NCBI GenBank assembly: GCA_965367815.1 | Contig: CBDUKN010000005.1 | Coordinates: forward strand, 85,333 to 149,332 | Direction: 5' to 3' | Length of the DNA stretch: 64,000 nt | Source of the DNA: an uncultured Thermoprotei archaeon | GTDB lineage: Archaea; Thermoproteota; Thermoprotei; Thermofilales; B15-G2 | Shown here: positions 45,710 to 55,942 of the stretch, piece by piece | How positions within the stretch are numbered: position 1 is the first letter of the stretch | Layout of the letters: the number at the start of each line of letters is the position of its first letter | Notes under the pieces: generated by a model | The model's input: the letters and a program-made list of their open reading frames with translations, nothing else | Database searches by the model: none | What the model was told of the DNA's origin: nothing | Position numbers and translations under genes: made by a program

Positions 45710-46693
45710 ATGATAAGCAAAAGGAGAGATATTGTTAAAAATAGTGAGGAGGAAGAACTGAAGGAAATAGAATTTGATAAAAGATACCTAGAGTTCTTGA
45801 AGTTATTAGTAAGGTACCTCAATAAAACTCCTATATTGAACTTAAGTACAATAGCTAGAGAAGCTAACGTGTCTGTAGCTACGGCTTGGAGACTTTTCCA
45901 CTTGAGGTTCGGTAGAAAGGGCATTGAGCTTAGAGTCGAGCCCTGCTACCCCAACTTAAGGCTAAGACCCTTCGTTTTCATAGTTAAGAGCACTAAAAAC
46001 CTATTAGAAGAAGATATACCTTACGCTTTAGCCACTTATAGAGCTTACAAAGGATTTAGAGGCTATCTAGTTTTCTCAGCAGTTCCTGAAGAGTATTTGA
46101 GCCAAGTAGAAGACTACATGAAGAAACTAGGACAAGTTGTAGAATACTATGAGCTAGATAGACACCTAGTAACAGACATTAGCTTCGACTTCTACTTAAC
46201 CAAAGAGCTCCCAAGCGAAGTTCCCATATATCAGACACCTTTGAAGAGAGTAGACTTCGATGACCTTGATTTAAGAATTCTCGCGACAATGCAGGAGCTT
46301 CAGCTGTATCCCAGCAAAATAGCTAGCAAGCTCGGAGGAAACAAGAAAACGATCGAGTACAGAATTAAGCGTAGAGTAAAGTTCTTAATTGAAGGCTTTA
46401 GAGCATACTTCCCGCCTAGAATCGATAAGGAAAAATTCACTTACGCCTACATAGTCAGAGGATCGAACAAAGAGTTCCCGAGAATCTCTTGTCTACCTTT
46501 CATTAAGACTGCTATAAGCGGCAGAAGTACACTCTTTGCAATTGCTTCAGTTCCACACGAATACAAGAGACTCTTCCTAGATTTACTGAGCGACATAGGC
46601 GAGTGGATTGAAATATACTTAGGAGAATTCAAGGAGAAGCCTGTTCCCTACGAATACTTTGATTCTTCTGCTAAGACCTGGAAGCCCTTCTAA
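45710..46693 (+). CDS. Duplicated Lrp/AsnC-type transcriptional regulator (paralogue of 6376-7383)
   Basis: NLSTIAREANVSVATA and DDLDLRIL...SKIASKLG...TIEYRI. Confidence 0.7.
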   Translation: MISKRRDIVKNSEEEELKEIEFDKRYLEFLKLLVRYLNKTPILNLSTIAREANVSVATAWRLFHLRFGRKGIELRVEPCYPNLRLRPFVFIVKSTKNLLEEDIPYALATYRAYKGFRGYLVFSAVPEEYLSQVEDYMKKLGQVVEYYELDRHLVTDISFDFYLTKELPSEVPIYQTPLKRVDFDDLDLRILATMQELQLYPSKIASKLGGNKKTIEYRIKRRVKFLIEGFRAYFPPRIDKEKFTYAYIVRGSNKEFPRISCLPFIKTAISGRSTLFAIASVPHEYKRLFLDLLSDIGEWIEIYLGEFKEKPVPYEYFDSSAKTWKPF

Positions 46694-46784
46694 CAAAAGT
46701 AGGAATACTAATACTTAACTTAATAGTTGAATATTTTTCCATTTTTGGCAGTTCTGATTTATATTAGAGCATAGACTAATATTT

Positions 46785-48281
46785 GTGGGCAGTAGAGAGG
46801 GTCTTGAGAAAGCTTTCAGAGAACTAGTAGATATTTTAGGTGAAGACAGAGTTTCTAGAAGACCTGAAGTGAGGTTTTCTTATTCGCGTAACTGGAATCC
46901 CTGCACTAAAGATTTCGCTGCGCTACCTGATATTGTTGTTTTACCTAAGTCTACTGAAGAAGTATCTGAAGTAGTGAAAGTAGCTTACAAATATAGAATA
47001 CCGGTTGTTCCTCGAGGAGGAGGAACTTCTATGAGTGGGGGGTCTTTAGCCCGCGGAGGAATTTTAGTCGACACTAAGCTAATGGATAAAGTCCTTGAAG
47101 TTGATGAAGAAAACTACGTTGTTAGAGTTCAAGCCGGCATACCTATTCTTAAGCTAAATGAAGAGCTCAGGAAATATGGCTTATGGTTTCCCTATGATGT
47201 TGAGTCTAAGGCAGTAGCTACTGTAGGTAGTATTATAGCTCTGAGGTCTGATGGAACATTTAACATTAGGTACGGTAAAATAGAAAATCATGTCTGTAGC
47301 ATAACGGTAGTTACTGGCACGGGAGAAGTCGTTGAGCTAGGTCATAGGAAAACTCTTATTTCTTCATCGGGATATCATCTTCACTGGCTTTTCATATCAT
47401 CAGAGGGGACTCTTGGAATAATAACTGAAGCAGTTCTGAGAGTAGTTCCAGTACCACCTCATCGAGATATAGTAGGCTTCTTCTTTCCCAGCTTTAATAA
47501 TGGAGTTAAAGCGCTAGTAGATATGCTGAAAAGAGGAGTTCTGCCCGAGTCAGCTAACCTCCAGTGCAAGAATAGGCTTAGGTTCTATACACATGCTTAT
47601 AAGGCGAAATATGGCGTAGAGCCAAAGGTCCCTGAGTGGACCGAAGCAGTACTTTTCCTCAGTTTCGCCGGAGACGCAGACGTAGTAGACTTCATGATAA
47701 ACAGATCTAAGAAAATAGCTAAAGAATACGGCGGAGAGCCTATAGACGATAGAGAAGTTCTCGAAATGTGGTGGACAAGTAAACATGTAGCTATTGAGCC
47801 CGAAGAAATGCGTTTTTCTTGGGAGAAACCCTTCATACCCTTTAAGCAGAAGTGGCCTGATTCTCAGAGAGAGAAGAGATTTGGTGCAGCCGGAGTGAGT
47901 GTTCCTGTAGGTAAGATTCAGGAAATGTATAAAAAGTACTTAGAGTACGCGTCGAAACATGGACTTCAAGTACTAGGCATGAATGTTTACTTCCAGCACC
48001 CTAACAGTACTCATGTGAGTATATCGTTTGCAGTGTGGGTTGGAGACAGCGAAGACGAAGTAAAAAGGTTCTACGAGTACGTGAAAGATATGGCGAAAAC
48101 AGCTGTCGAGCTAGGCGGATCGATGAGCGCTTACTACGGAGACGGAGAAGTTCTCGCAGGACTCAACAGATACGAGCATGGCAAAGCGCTAGACTATATG
48201 TTGAAAATAAAGCAAATCTTCGATCCAGCTGGTATAATGAATCCTGGGAAAAAGTTCGGTGAATCGAGGTGGGTTAAGTGA
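46785..48281 (+). CDS. FAD-linked oxidoreductase (GlcD/D-lactate dehydrogenase-like)
   Basis: PRGGGTS..GG, SEGTLGIIT, IKQIFDPAGIMNPGK. Confidence 0.9.
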   Translation: MGSREGLEKAFRELVDILGEDRVSRRPEVRFSYSRNWNPCTKDFAALPDIVVLPKSTEEVSEVVKVAYKYRIPVVPRGGGTSMSGGSLARGGILVDTKLMDKVLEVDEENYVVRVQAGIPILKLNEELRKYGLWFPYDVESKAVATVGSIIALRSDGTFNIRYGKIENHVCSITVVTGTGEVVELGHRKTLISSSGYHLHWLFISSEGTLGIITEAVLRVVPVPPHRDIVGFFFPSFNNGVKALVDMLKRGVLPESANLQCKNRLRFYTHAYKAKYGVEPKVPEWTEAVLFLSFAGDADVVDFMINRSKKIAKEYGGEPIDDREVLEMWWTSKHVAIEPEEMRFSWEKPFIPFKQKWPDSQREKRFGAAGVSVPVGKIQEMYKKYLEYASKHGLQVLGMNVYFQHPNSTHVSISFAVWVGDSEDEVKRFYEYVKDMAKTAVELGGSMSAYYGDGEVLAGLNRYEHGKALDYMLKIKQIFDPAGIMNPGKKFGESRWVK

Positions 48282-49381
48282 AGAATCTTCAGGACTATTT
48301 AGAAAATCTATATACTTGTGCTAGAACGCAGTGCAGTTTCTGCGTATACGAGTGCCCTGTAAGAAAAGTACTCGGCTTTGAGACATATTCTTCGAGAGGG
48401 AGAATGCATGTTGCGCGAGCCCTAGCTCAAGGACTCTTAGAACCTTGTAAAGAAATAGCTGAGCTGTACTACAAGTGTACTCTATGCGGCTACTGTGAAG
48501 CAGTATGTGCGCTTGAAAACACCAGCATATTTAGGGCAGTAAGAAAGCTCTTAGTATCTGAGAACATTGTCCCTAAGGAGCACTTAGCTGCAAGAGACTC
48601 AATTCTAACAGTAGATAATCCCTACTCTAAAGACCGTAAAGTAAAGTACTCCAAAACATTGCCTGTAAAGAAGTCTAAAACAATACTGTACTTAGGATGC
48701 ACCATACCTATATCGCGCCGCCAAATAGTCGACGCCTTAAAGTATCTCTTAGAAAAAGCTTTCCCGGAAGTAGGGTACTTAGGTGAAGAAGAGTACTGCT
48801 GCGGCCTTATACTCTATGAATCTGGGTTCGAAAAAGAGTTTATTGAGCAAGCTGAAAAGAATATAGAGTCTTTCAAAAAGAGTGGCGTAGAGAAAATAAT
48901 TACAGTGTGTCCTGGCTGCTATATAGCTCTTAAGGAACATTATGCTGAGTACTTCAACATAGACTATGAAGTTTACCACATAACGGAATACTTCTATGAG
49001 CTAGTAAACAGTGGTGAACTCAAGTTGCTTAAACTAGGCGGAGAGGTAGTTTACCACGACCCATGTCATTTGACTAGACATGGTAAAGTCGTAGAAGAAC
49101 CTAGAGCACTCCTAGAGTGGCTAGGTATTGAAGTAAAAGAGGCGCCAGTTTACAACAAGTACTACGCGAGATGCTGTGGTGGATCAATACTAATGTTCTA
49201 CCCAGAGCTTGCTTCAGAAATAGGAGTAATGAGACTGAATGAGCTTTTAAGCACAGGAGTAGACACTATTGTCTCTGCATGTGAGATATGCGAAATAGCT
49301 TTAGATAAGGCTACAGTAAAGAAAGGAGAGTTTATTGAAGTATTAGATGTAGTAGAACTATTGGCGAAGGCACTAAAATAA
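48278..49381 (+). CDS. Fe-S oxidoreductase with CCG domains (GlcF/HdrD-like)
   Basis: Ferredoxin Cys motifs; EYCCG, YHDPCHL.R, CCGG. Confidence 0.9.
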   Translation: MKNLQDYLENLYTCARTQCSFCVYECPVRKVLGFETYSSRGRMHVARALAQGLLEPCKEIAELYYKCTLCGYCEAVCALENTSIFRAVRKLLVSENIVPKEHLAARDSILTVDNPYSKDRKVKYSKTLPVKKSKTILYLGCTIPISRRQIVDALKYLLEKAFPEVGYLGEEEYCCGLILYESGFEKEFIEQAEKNIESFKKSGVEKIITVCPGCYIALKEHYAEYFNIDYEVYHITEYFYELVNSGELKLLKLGGEVVYHDPCHLTRHGKVVEEPRALLEWLGIEVKEAPVYNKYYARCCGGSILMFYPELASEIGVMRLNELLSTGVDTIVSACEICEIALDKATVKKGEFIEVLDVVELLAKALK

Positions 49382-50527
49382 AAGAGATTTAGCTAAAGTA
49401 GTGAGTACGTGAAGTACAGCTAAAGGCTTTTTTGAAAAATACTTAACTAACTCGATTATAGTTTTCGACTGTGTATCGAACATGCCTTTAGATGAAAGAA
49501 GAGCAGATATTTCCTCTAAGTTAACTCGCTTAATAATCTTCTCTAAGTCTCTATCATCAAGCGAGTCCAGTACTCTTCTTAAAAAGAGCATTGATTTGAT
49601 ATCTTTGCCGCATTTCTGCCACCATTTCTTTTCGTAAATAAAGCCTGTAGGAGACTTGGCTGCTATAATTGCTCCCAATCCACCGTAATAAAGTCCGCCA
49701 CCAGTAGTCGGCTTTGTCTGACCAGCTGAGTCTCCTACAAGAACGGCTCTGTCTTTTAGAAAAACAAAGTGTTTTAGAGGCCCATCTACATTAATTAATC
49801 CACCTGTTTTCTCTAATATTTTCACTTTATCTAAAATCCCGGCGCTGCACGCCTTATTAATCAATGCTTCTAAATACTTGTCAGTATATGCTGTAGATGC
49901 TGTGCCTATTCTTACTAGATTATTGCCTAAAGGAATAATCCAGCCAAAAAGCCTATCACTTATTTTTTTCGAGAAAAACACATATACATGGTCTTTAGGA
50001 AAACTGAAACAAGCCTCTACATCAACATTTAGTCCTATAAGAGGCTTTTGCCTGACTTCAGTAAGCTGTCTTGTAATTCTTCTCGAGAGACCTTCACATA
50101 CAAAAACTTTGTCACAACTAAAGTTCTCTCTATTAGTCTCTACTACTATTTTTGAGCCTAGGAAGTGTAATTTCTTTGCCTCAGTAGAGTAAAAAAATAC
50201 TGTTCCTTTTTCTTCTGAGTAAGTAGCCAATTTCTCATCAAACTTTGCTCTATCTACTACATAGGCTACATGACCTTCTCTATACACGTGTAAAATTTTT
50301 CCGCCAGGAAAAACTATGTATGCTCCGTTAAGTTTGTTCAAAACTGTACTTGAAGAAGTATTAAAGCCATATAATCTAAGGGTTTCATAGCTGATTACTC
50401 CTGCACAGTGTCTAGGTAATCCTGGTGCTTTATGTTCTTCTAAAACTACTACTTCATAATTTTTCTCTGTAAGATGTAGAGAAAGTAAACTACCTATGGG
50501 TCCGGCTCCAATAACTATTATTTTCAC
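49373..50527 (-). CDS. Geranylgeranyl reductase family FAD oxidoreductase
   Basis: IGAGPIG, P.HCAG, FGWIIP, VGDSAGQTKPTTGGG. Confidence 0.88.
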   Translation of the reverse strand: MKIIVIGAGPIGSLLSLHLTEKNYEVVVLEEHKAPGLPRHCAGVISYETLRLYGFNTSSSTVLNKLNGAYIVFPGGKILHVYREGHVAYVVDRAKFDEKLATYSEEKGTVFFYSTEAKKLHFLGSKIVVETNRENFSCDKVFVCEGLSRRITRQLTEVRQKPLIGLNVDVEACFSFPKDHVYVFFSKKISDRLFGWIIPLGNNLVRIGTASTAYTDKYLEALINKACSAGILDKVKILEKTGGLINVDGPLKHFVFLKDRAVLVGDSAGQTKPTTGGGLYYGGLGAIIAAKSPTGFIYEKKWWQKCGKDIKSMLFLRRVLDSLDDRDLEKIIKRVNLEEISALLSSKGMFDTQSKTIIELVKYFSKKPLAVLHVLTTLAKSLLF

Positions 50528-50536
50528 TGAATAGAT

Positions 50537-50671
50537 TTAGAGTCCCAGTGTTAATATTATTTTCAGTAAAAGAGTCTTTTTGGCGACGAAGAAGATGAAG
50601 AATGTGAAAATGATGAGTATAGAAGCGATAAGCGAAATTATTCCGGCAATATACTCTCGCTTTTTACTCAT
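50537..50671 (-). CDS. Small membrane peptide (44 aa)
   Basis: MSKKREYIAGIISLIASILIIFTFFIFF; directly upstream of the reductase gene. Confidence 0.4.
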   Translation of the reverse strand: MSKKREYIAGIISLIASILIIFTFFIFFVAKKTLLLKIILTLGL

Positions 50672-50788
50672 CGAAGTAAGTTTTATTCCACAGCTATATA
50701 TTGGTATTCTAGCTAGTTCATAAAGCTCTATATGAAGAAAATAGTTATATGTAATCCTGTGAACAACTATATACGAATATAGGAGAGG

Positions 50789-51832
50789 ATGGCTATGACT
50801 GAAAAACATATGTTACGTAGGGTTCAGCTAACAGGAGGGTCTACGTTAATAGTTTCTCTCCCAAAAGAATGGGTTAAATCTGTTCACTTAAAGCCAGGCG
50901 ACTACGTCGTAGTAATGGTTCAGCCAGATAACAGCCTTAAAATAATCCCCGCTCATAAGAGAAAGGAAGCACATGAATCTATTCTCTATATAGACGAAAA
51001 TATGCCTCCAAGTATTGCTGTAAGAGAGTTCATTACAAGATATCTTGTAGGCTACGATGTGATTAAAGTAGTATTTAAAGGAAAAACACACGAACATAGA
51101 GTAGCTTTGAGGAATGTTATGGTTAAGAAAATGATAGGCGTTGAAATAGTTGAGGAAACAGTAGATACTGTTCTTTTCCAGTGTCTCGCTAAACCTGCTG
51201 AACTGCCTATTCGCACAGCTATAAACCGCATGATCAAGGTCTCACACTACATGCTTAAAGATTCTATAAAGTGTCTAAGAAGAAGAGAGGGAACTCTGCT
51301 AAAAGAGATAATTGAGAGAGATGACACAATAGATAAATTTTATCTGTTTATAGTTAGGCAACTAAAGTCTGTCGCTATGGGTATGCTCCTGCCTTCAGAA
51401 GTGGGTTTAAGTGATTTAAGAGAGTGTCTCGGATTTAGGCTTATAGCTAAAAGTGTTGAGAGAATAGGTGACCATGCTAGTAGAATAGCCGAAGTTCTTT
51501 TCGAGTACGCTAATCCCTTAAGTGAGGACTTGGCTCAGAAAATAGAGAAGCTTGGAGCACGTGTATGCGATACATATGAAAAAACTTCGTTAGCTTTATC
51601 TAAATACGATAAAGTACTTGCACATAAAGTAGTAGATGAAGTAGATAAGATACGCGGCATGGAAGAAAATATTGTAAGAGAGCTCATGCAGAGCGAGATA
51701 AATGTCGAGGAAGCTCTTACAGCTAGAACTATTCTCGAGAGCTTGAAGAGAATAGCTGACTACTGCGCAGATATAGCCGAAATAACAGTAAATCTATCGG
51801 TTGAAGGAGCATTAGAAAAAGAGGGCAAGTAA
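50789..51832 (+). CDS. Phosphate uptake regulator (AbrB + PhoU domains)
   Basis: RRVQLTGGSTLIVSLPKEW; ERIGDHA; RIADYC.DIAE. Confidence 0.92.
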   Translation: MAMTEKHMLRRVQLTGGSTLIVSLPKEWVKSVHLKPGDYVVVMVQPDNSLKIIPAHKRKEAHESILYIDENMPPSIAVREFITRYLVGYDVIKVVFKGKTHEHRVALRNVMVKKMIGVEIVEETVDTVLFQCLAKPAELPIRTAINRMIKVSHYMLKDSIKCLRRREGTLLKEIIERDDTIDKFYLFIVRQLKSVAMGMLLPSEVGLSDLRECLGFRLIAKSVERIGDHASRIAEVLFEYANPLSEDLAQKIEKLGARVCDTYEKTSLALSKYDKVLAHKVVDEVDKIRGMEENIVRELMQSEINVEEALTARTILESLKRIADYCADIAEITVNLSVEGALEKEGK

Positions 51833-51872
51833 GTCTTAAGATATTTAAAGAGAGCTAAAGAGTAAACTACTG

Positions 51873-52703
51873 ATGGAGAAAAGTATTACATTCTGGTACC
51901 ACCTGCCAGTAACTCAGAGCATAGATCACGTATACAAATGTGCACTCAAGGCGGCGGAAATAGGCTTTGATATAATTTCAAATCAAGATCATTTCCTCGT
52001 AATTAACGATGAGAGGGGATGTAGGCCAGAGTGCTGGACCATGCTCACGGCAGTCGCTATGACAACTAAACTAAAAGTATCACCGCTGGTTATGTGCTCT
52101 CTCTTCAGAAATCCGGTATTAGTAGCAAAGATAGTAACTACGCTTGACCAGCTAACTAAAGGGAGAGTTTTTCTCGGCATTGGCGCGGGTTGGTGGAAGG
52201 AAGAATTTGAGGCATACGGCTACAAATGGGAGCCGCCTAAAACGAGAGTCGATAAAACGATAGAAGCTATCAAAATAATTAAAAAGGTTTGGACTCAAGA
52301 TGAAGTAAACTATGAGGGAAAATTCTGGACTTTGAAGAAGTGTAGATTAGAGCCTAAACCATACCAAAAACCACACCCGCCGATTTTCAGTGGAGGACAA
52401 GGGCCACGTATGCTTAGGGCTACAGCTAAGTACTGTAATGGCTGGATGCCGCAAATAAGAGAACCAGAAGAATACAAAAAGAGAATGGAATATATGTCTA
52501 AGTACATGGAAGACCCAGAGAAATTCTACTGGGGTAATGTAATAGACGTATGGGAGGATAAACATACTCCAGACGACATAATTAAGACAATAGAGAGCTT
52601 CGTAGAAATCGGTGTAACACACTTTACGTTATTTATGCACCCTCAGCCTAAGAACCTAGTGCTACTGGACAAGTATTCTAAAGTAATAGCTTACTTCAAG
52701 TAA
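51873..52703 (+). CDS. Luciferase-like (LLM) flavin/F420-dependent oxidoreductase
   Basis: DHF, RNP...AK...TLD.L..GR..LGIGAGW..EEF, PKPYQKPHPPI. Confidence 0.9.
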   Translation: MEKSITFWYHLPVTQSIDHVYKCALKAAEIGFDIISNQDHFLVINDERGCRPECWTMLTAVAMTTKLKVSPLVMCSLFRNPVLVAKIVTTLDQLTKGRVFLGIGAGWWKEEFEAYGYKWEPPKTRVDKTIEAIKIIKKVWTQDEVNYEGKFWTLKKCRLEPKPYQKPHPPIFSGGQGPRMLRATAKYCNGWMPQIREPEEYKKRMEYMSKYMEDPEKFYWGNVIDVWEDKHTPDDIIKTIESFVEIGVTHFTLFMHPQPKNLVLLDKYSKVIAYFK

Positions 52704-52752
52704 GCCAAATAGCCGTAGAAAAGTACTTAAGAGTATGAGAAAAAGAAATATT

Positions 52753-52807
52753 GGCGTGATGAAGGCGTTGACTAGTGAACGGTGATCGAGAGCTGAAGGA
52801 CTGAGCT
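52753..52807 (+). ncRNA. Box C/D sRNA, D' guide against 16S rRNA helix 31
   Basis: C GTGATGA 52756-62, D' GTGA 52775-78, D CTGA 52801-04; guide GGCGTTGACT is complementary to 16S AGUCAACGCC. Confidence 0.8.
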
Positions 52808-53625
52808 TACTTCAAGTATTTATCTAAAAACTCTAAGATTTTGTTTTTAGCTCTTCTAATAGTTTCTTCGTCGTGTCCAGTGCCTTTAACAACGTAGAAC
52901 TCATGCGGTATGTGATGCTTCTTTAATTCATGAACTAAGCGCTCTGAAATCGAGATTGGCACCGCGTAGTCCTTTGTACCGTGTACTACTAATACAGGAA
53001 CTTTTATTTCATATGCTCTTTCAATAGGATTATATTTACTATATTCCTCGGTAAATTTTCTTAAAAACGGGTTTCCGCCAAACTCTTCTTTAATATCTTT
53101 GAGAAACTTTATTGCAGACTTTACTTCGCTTGGCTTTCTTATCAATAGGAGAAAGAAGGGCAGTAAATAAAGGGCTCTAGTGACGTACTTTACTTGAGCC
53201 TTAATGTCAGCTACTCCATAGATATTAACTACGCAAGCTATGTCTTCAGGATACTCTATGGCATACATTAAGGCTATGTGTCCTCCCATGCTTGTGCCCA
53301 CTAGACCTACTTTCTCTACAGAGTACTTGTTTCTAAGGTAGTTTATAAGTGTTCTAATACTTTTTAAAGCTTTTTTCAGTGGATAGCCTCCTGCTCCATA
53401 GTCTGTAGCTGCCCAAAAGAACCCCTGCTCTACTATAAAATTGCCTAACGGATCTAAATGTCTATGTAGGTTTTCTCTAAACTCTCCTCGATAAGCCCAT
53501 CCCCTACAGCCAACTACACAGCATTTGCATCGGGGGCTAGTCGGTATTTTAATTACATACTTAGTGTTTTCTAAAACCCCTTCTTCTTCAGTAAATTTCA
53601 CGCAAGATAAAATGCTCGACGACAT
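52807..53625 (-). CDS. Alpha/beta hydrolase (S9-like)
   Basis: GTSMGG, HGTKD, GH catalytic triad. Confidence 0.88.
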   Translation of the reverse strand: MSSSILSCVKFTEEEGVLENTKYVIKIPTSPRCKCCVVGCRGWAYRGEFRENLHRHLDPLGNFIVEQGFFWAATDYGAGGYPLKKALKSIRTLINYLRNKYSVEKVGLVGTSMGGHIALMYAIEYPEDIACVVNIYGVADIKAQVKYVTRALYLLPFFLLLIRKPSEVKSAIKFLKDIKEEFGGNPFLRKFTEEYSKYNPIERAYEIKVPVLVVHGTKDYAVPISISERLVHELKKHHIPHEFYVVKGTGHDEETIRRAKNKILEFLDKYLK

Positions 53626-53644
53626 ATATCTCTAACTAGTTTAC

Positions 53645-54523
53645 TCACAGTAAGTTCACTAGTAACAGTGTTATTAGCGGAGATGCGATCGAAGCTACTA
53701 TTGTTAGGAAAACAACTATTCTAGCTATTTTCTCGCTATCTAGCCCATATTCTCTTGCGATAATCACGTTGCTTACCGCCGGAGGCATAAATGATTCTAA
53801 AATTACGACTGCGAGTGGCAAGCCCTGTAGCCTAAATATGCTTGTAGCTAAGAGAAGTGTAGTTAAAGGCGATAAAAGAAATCTAATTGCCATAACTTTA
53901 GTAGAGTCTTTTTCGAAAGTAATGTTTCTTGAAGAATCTAGCCCTAATACAAGTAGAGCCATTGGCGTAGCAGCAGCACCTATTTCTCTAAAAGCTTCAG
54001 TAACTTCTTGTGGAACAGATATTTGTAGTGTAGAGAAAGTTACTCCAAGTAAAAGTGCGTGAAAAGGAGGGTATTTAGCTAAATTATTTAATCCTTTCTT
54101 AAAGCTACCAGCTATTATAAGGGGTACAAGCATATTGAATAGGAGTATGTTTCCCAAGGCATAGTAGCTTATAAGAGCCACGGCGTTTTCGCCCCAGAGT
54201 GCGTAAGCTATGGGTATAGGCAAATAGATTGCGTTATGGAATGAAGATGGTAGAATTAACTCATGTTTTTTACCGAAGGCAATTAATGAGACTATAAGGC
54301 AGACCAAGATAGTGATAATGGAGAATAGGGGCATCAGTAAAAATTCTACCGTGACTTTTCTCTTAGAGACCGCCACGAAAACTAGTAAAGGGAACAGTAT
54401 GTAGAGAACAATTCTCGATAAATCTCTGCTAGCATTGTCGCTTACGAGATTTAGTTTTCTTAAAGCTACTCCAGCGGCCAACGGAATATAGAGCCCTAGG
54501 AGAGCTGAAGCTAAGTTCTGCAT
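53645..54523 (-). CDS. AEC (auxin efflux carrier) family transporter
   Basis: FPLLVF, N...LPIP, ATPMAL..LG, MPPAV. Confidence 0.85.
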   Translation of the reverse strand: MQNLASALLGLYIPLAAGVALRKLNLVSDNASRDLSRIVLYILFPLLVFVAVSKRKVTVEFLLMPLFSIITILVCLIVSLIAFGKKHELILPSSFHNAIYLPIPIAYALWGENAVALISYYALGNILLFNMLVPLIIAGSFKKGLNNLAKYPPFHALLLGVTFSTLQISVPQEVTEAFREIGAAATPMALLVLGLDSSRNITFEKDSTKVMAIRFLLSPLTTLLLATSIFRLQGLPLAVVILESFMPPAVSNVIIAREYGLDSEKIARIVVFLTIVASIASPLITLLLVNLL

Positions 54524-54655
54524 TCAGCCTTGAGAAAATTTTCTTCAGTATAAATTACTTTTGGATTTGTCACTCGGGGTTGTTTAAGTAGTTATATTGA
54601 AAACAACTTCTATCTTGTGAAAAGATAATTCCATGAAAAAGTTTTAGCTATGTAC

Positions 54656-55627
54656 TTAAGTCATCTTCGACCAAAGGTTTAGTGGAGTTAAGTCTTCGGT
54701 ACTAAACGAGGGCTTCAAATCGTTTTCTTTCAGCCTCATTAAGGCTTCTGAGAGCGGCACAGCGTCAAGAACTACTGTTAGGAAGAAAACTCCTAGGGCT
54801 GCCCAACGCCCCCATTTCTCTTTAAGAACTCTCTCTACTGTCTTGACGGTTGCTGAAGGCAACTTATATGCTTCTTGAGCTATTCTCGCAGTCCATCTAT
54901 CGATAGGCGGTAGTTCGTAGTATCTCATCGACAGCACTAACGTCAGACGCGCTGAATACTGACCCACTCCCTTAATTTCTCTAAGTATCTTTTCTGCTGA
55001 GATAGGGCTTTCTCGAGGAAGTTTTTCTTCAAGACTATTTTCGAGAAAGAATTTCGCTGCTTCAATTAATGTCTGTGACCTGTAACCCAGCTTGCATTCA
55101 GCCAAGAGGCGTGCATCTAGCTTAACTAGCTCCTTTGGCCTAGGAAGTGCAATGACATAATGGTCCTCTACTTGTAGAACTTTTCCCGTCTTCTTGTAAA
55201 GATTGTACAACATTCTCCAGCCTTGCTTGAAACTCGCGTTTTGCTGACATACTGCTATAACGAGACCTGTCCACAGGTCGACTGACCGAAGTCTAGCTCC
55301 CTTAAGTTTTATTGGAACGTATTTAAGTAGAGGATCGTCTTTTATTTTATTGTAAAATTCTTCTATTTTTTCGTTGAAACCAAGTACTTTCTCTATCTTT
55401 TCTGCTGCTTCGCTTTGGGTAATAATATTTTTTAGAGAATAAATTGTTGCATTTAATTCCTTATCTTTCTCAGAGACTTTCGCTACTGTAGGTGGATTGT
55501 AGTCTAGTATTAAGTAGAGATTCTTTCCATTGTATATCCAATTGAAACTATAGATCATTGAAGTAAGCTTAAAGTTAAATAACCTAGGTTTTTCTAAGCT
55601 AACTGAGAATAGTTTTCCTAGCTTCAC
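54656..55627 (-). CDS. HhH-GPD DNA glycosylase (AlkA/Ogg-like)
   Basis: QQN, LGYR, IKGVGQYSA...PPID. Confidence 0.85.
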   Translation of the reverse strand: MKLGKLFSVSLEKPRLFNFKLTSMIYSFNWIYNGKNLYLILDYNPPTVAKVSEKDKELNATIYSLKNIITQSEAAEKIEKVLGFNEKIEEFYNKIKDDPLLKYVPIKLKGARLRSVDLWTGLVIAVCQQNASFKQGWRMLYNLYKKTGKVLQVEDHYVIALPRPKELVKLDARLLAECKLGYRSQTLIEAAKFFLENSLEEKLPRESPISAEKILREIKGVGQYSARLTLVLSMRYYELPPIDRWTARIAQEAYKLPSATVKTVERVLKEKWGRWAALGVFFLTVVLDAVPLSEALMRLKENDLKPSFSTEDLTPLNLWSKMT

Positions 55628-55635
55628 GCGTATTA

Positions 55636-55938
55636 TTAGCTCACAGTGCTAATTATTTTTCTCAGACAGTCTACTGTTTCGCGGTATTTAATAAGACCTT
55701 TTTCAGTGTGTTCTATTAGAGTTCTTGGACCTTCATCAGTAATTACTTTTCTCTTTAGGATGTAGCCTTTTCTAGCAAGAGTATCTATGTGAGAGTGTAA
55801 GGTACCCCAGCTTATATTAAGCATTTTAACTAATTCGTTTTCTAATTTAGGTCCGAATAAATAGAGTATAGTAACTAATAGAAATCTTTTTTGATCTAAT
55901 AATACTTTATCTAGCTTATTAATGTATTTTCTAAACAT
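55636..55938 (-). CDS. Winged-HTH transcriptional regulator (MarR-like)
   Basis: LNISWGTLHSHIDTL...GYI...PRT...T.KG. Confidence 0.85.
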   Translation of the reverse strand: MFRKYINKLDKVLLDQKRFLLVTILYLFGPKLENELVKMLNISWGTLHSHIDTLARKGYILKRKVITDEGPRTLIEHTEKGLIKYRETVDCLRKIISTVS

Positions 55939-55942
55939 ATTA

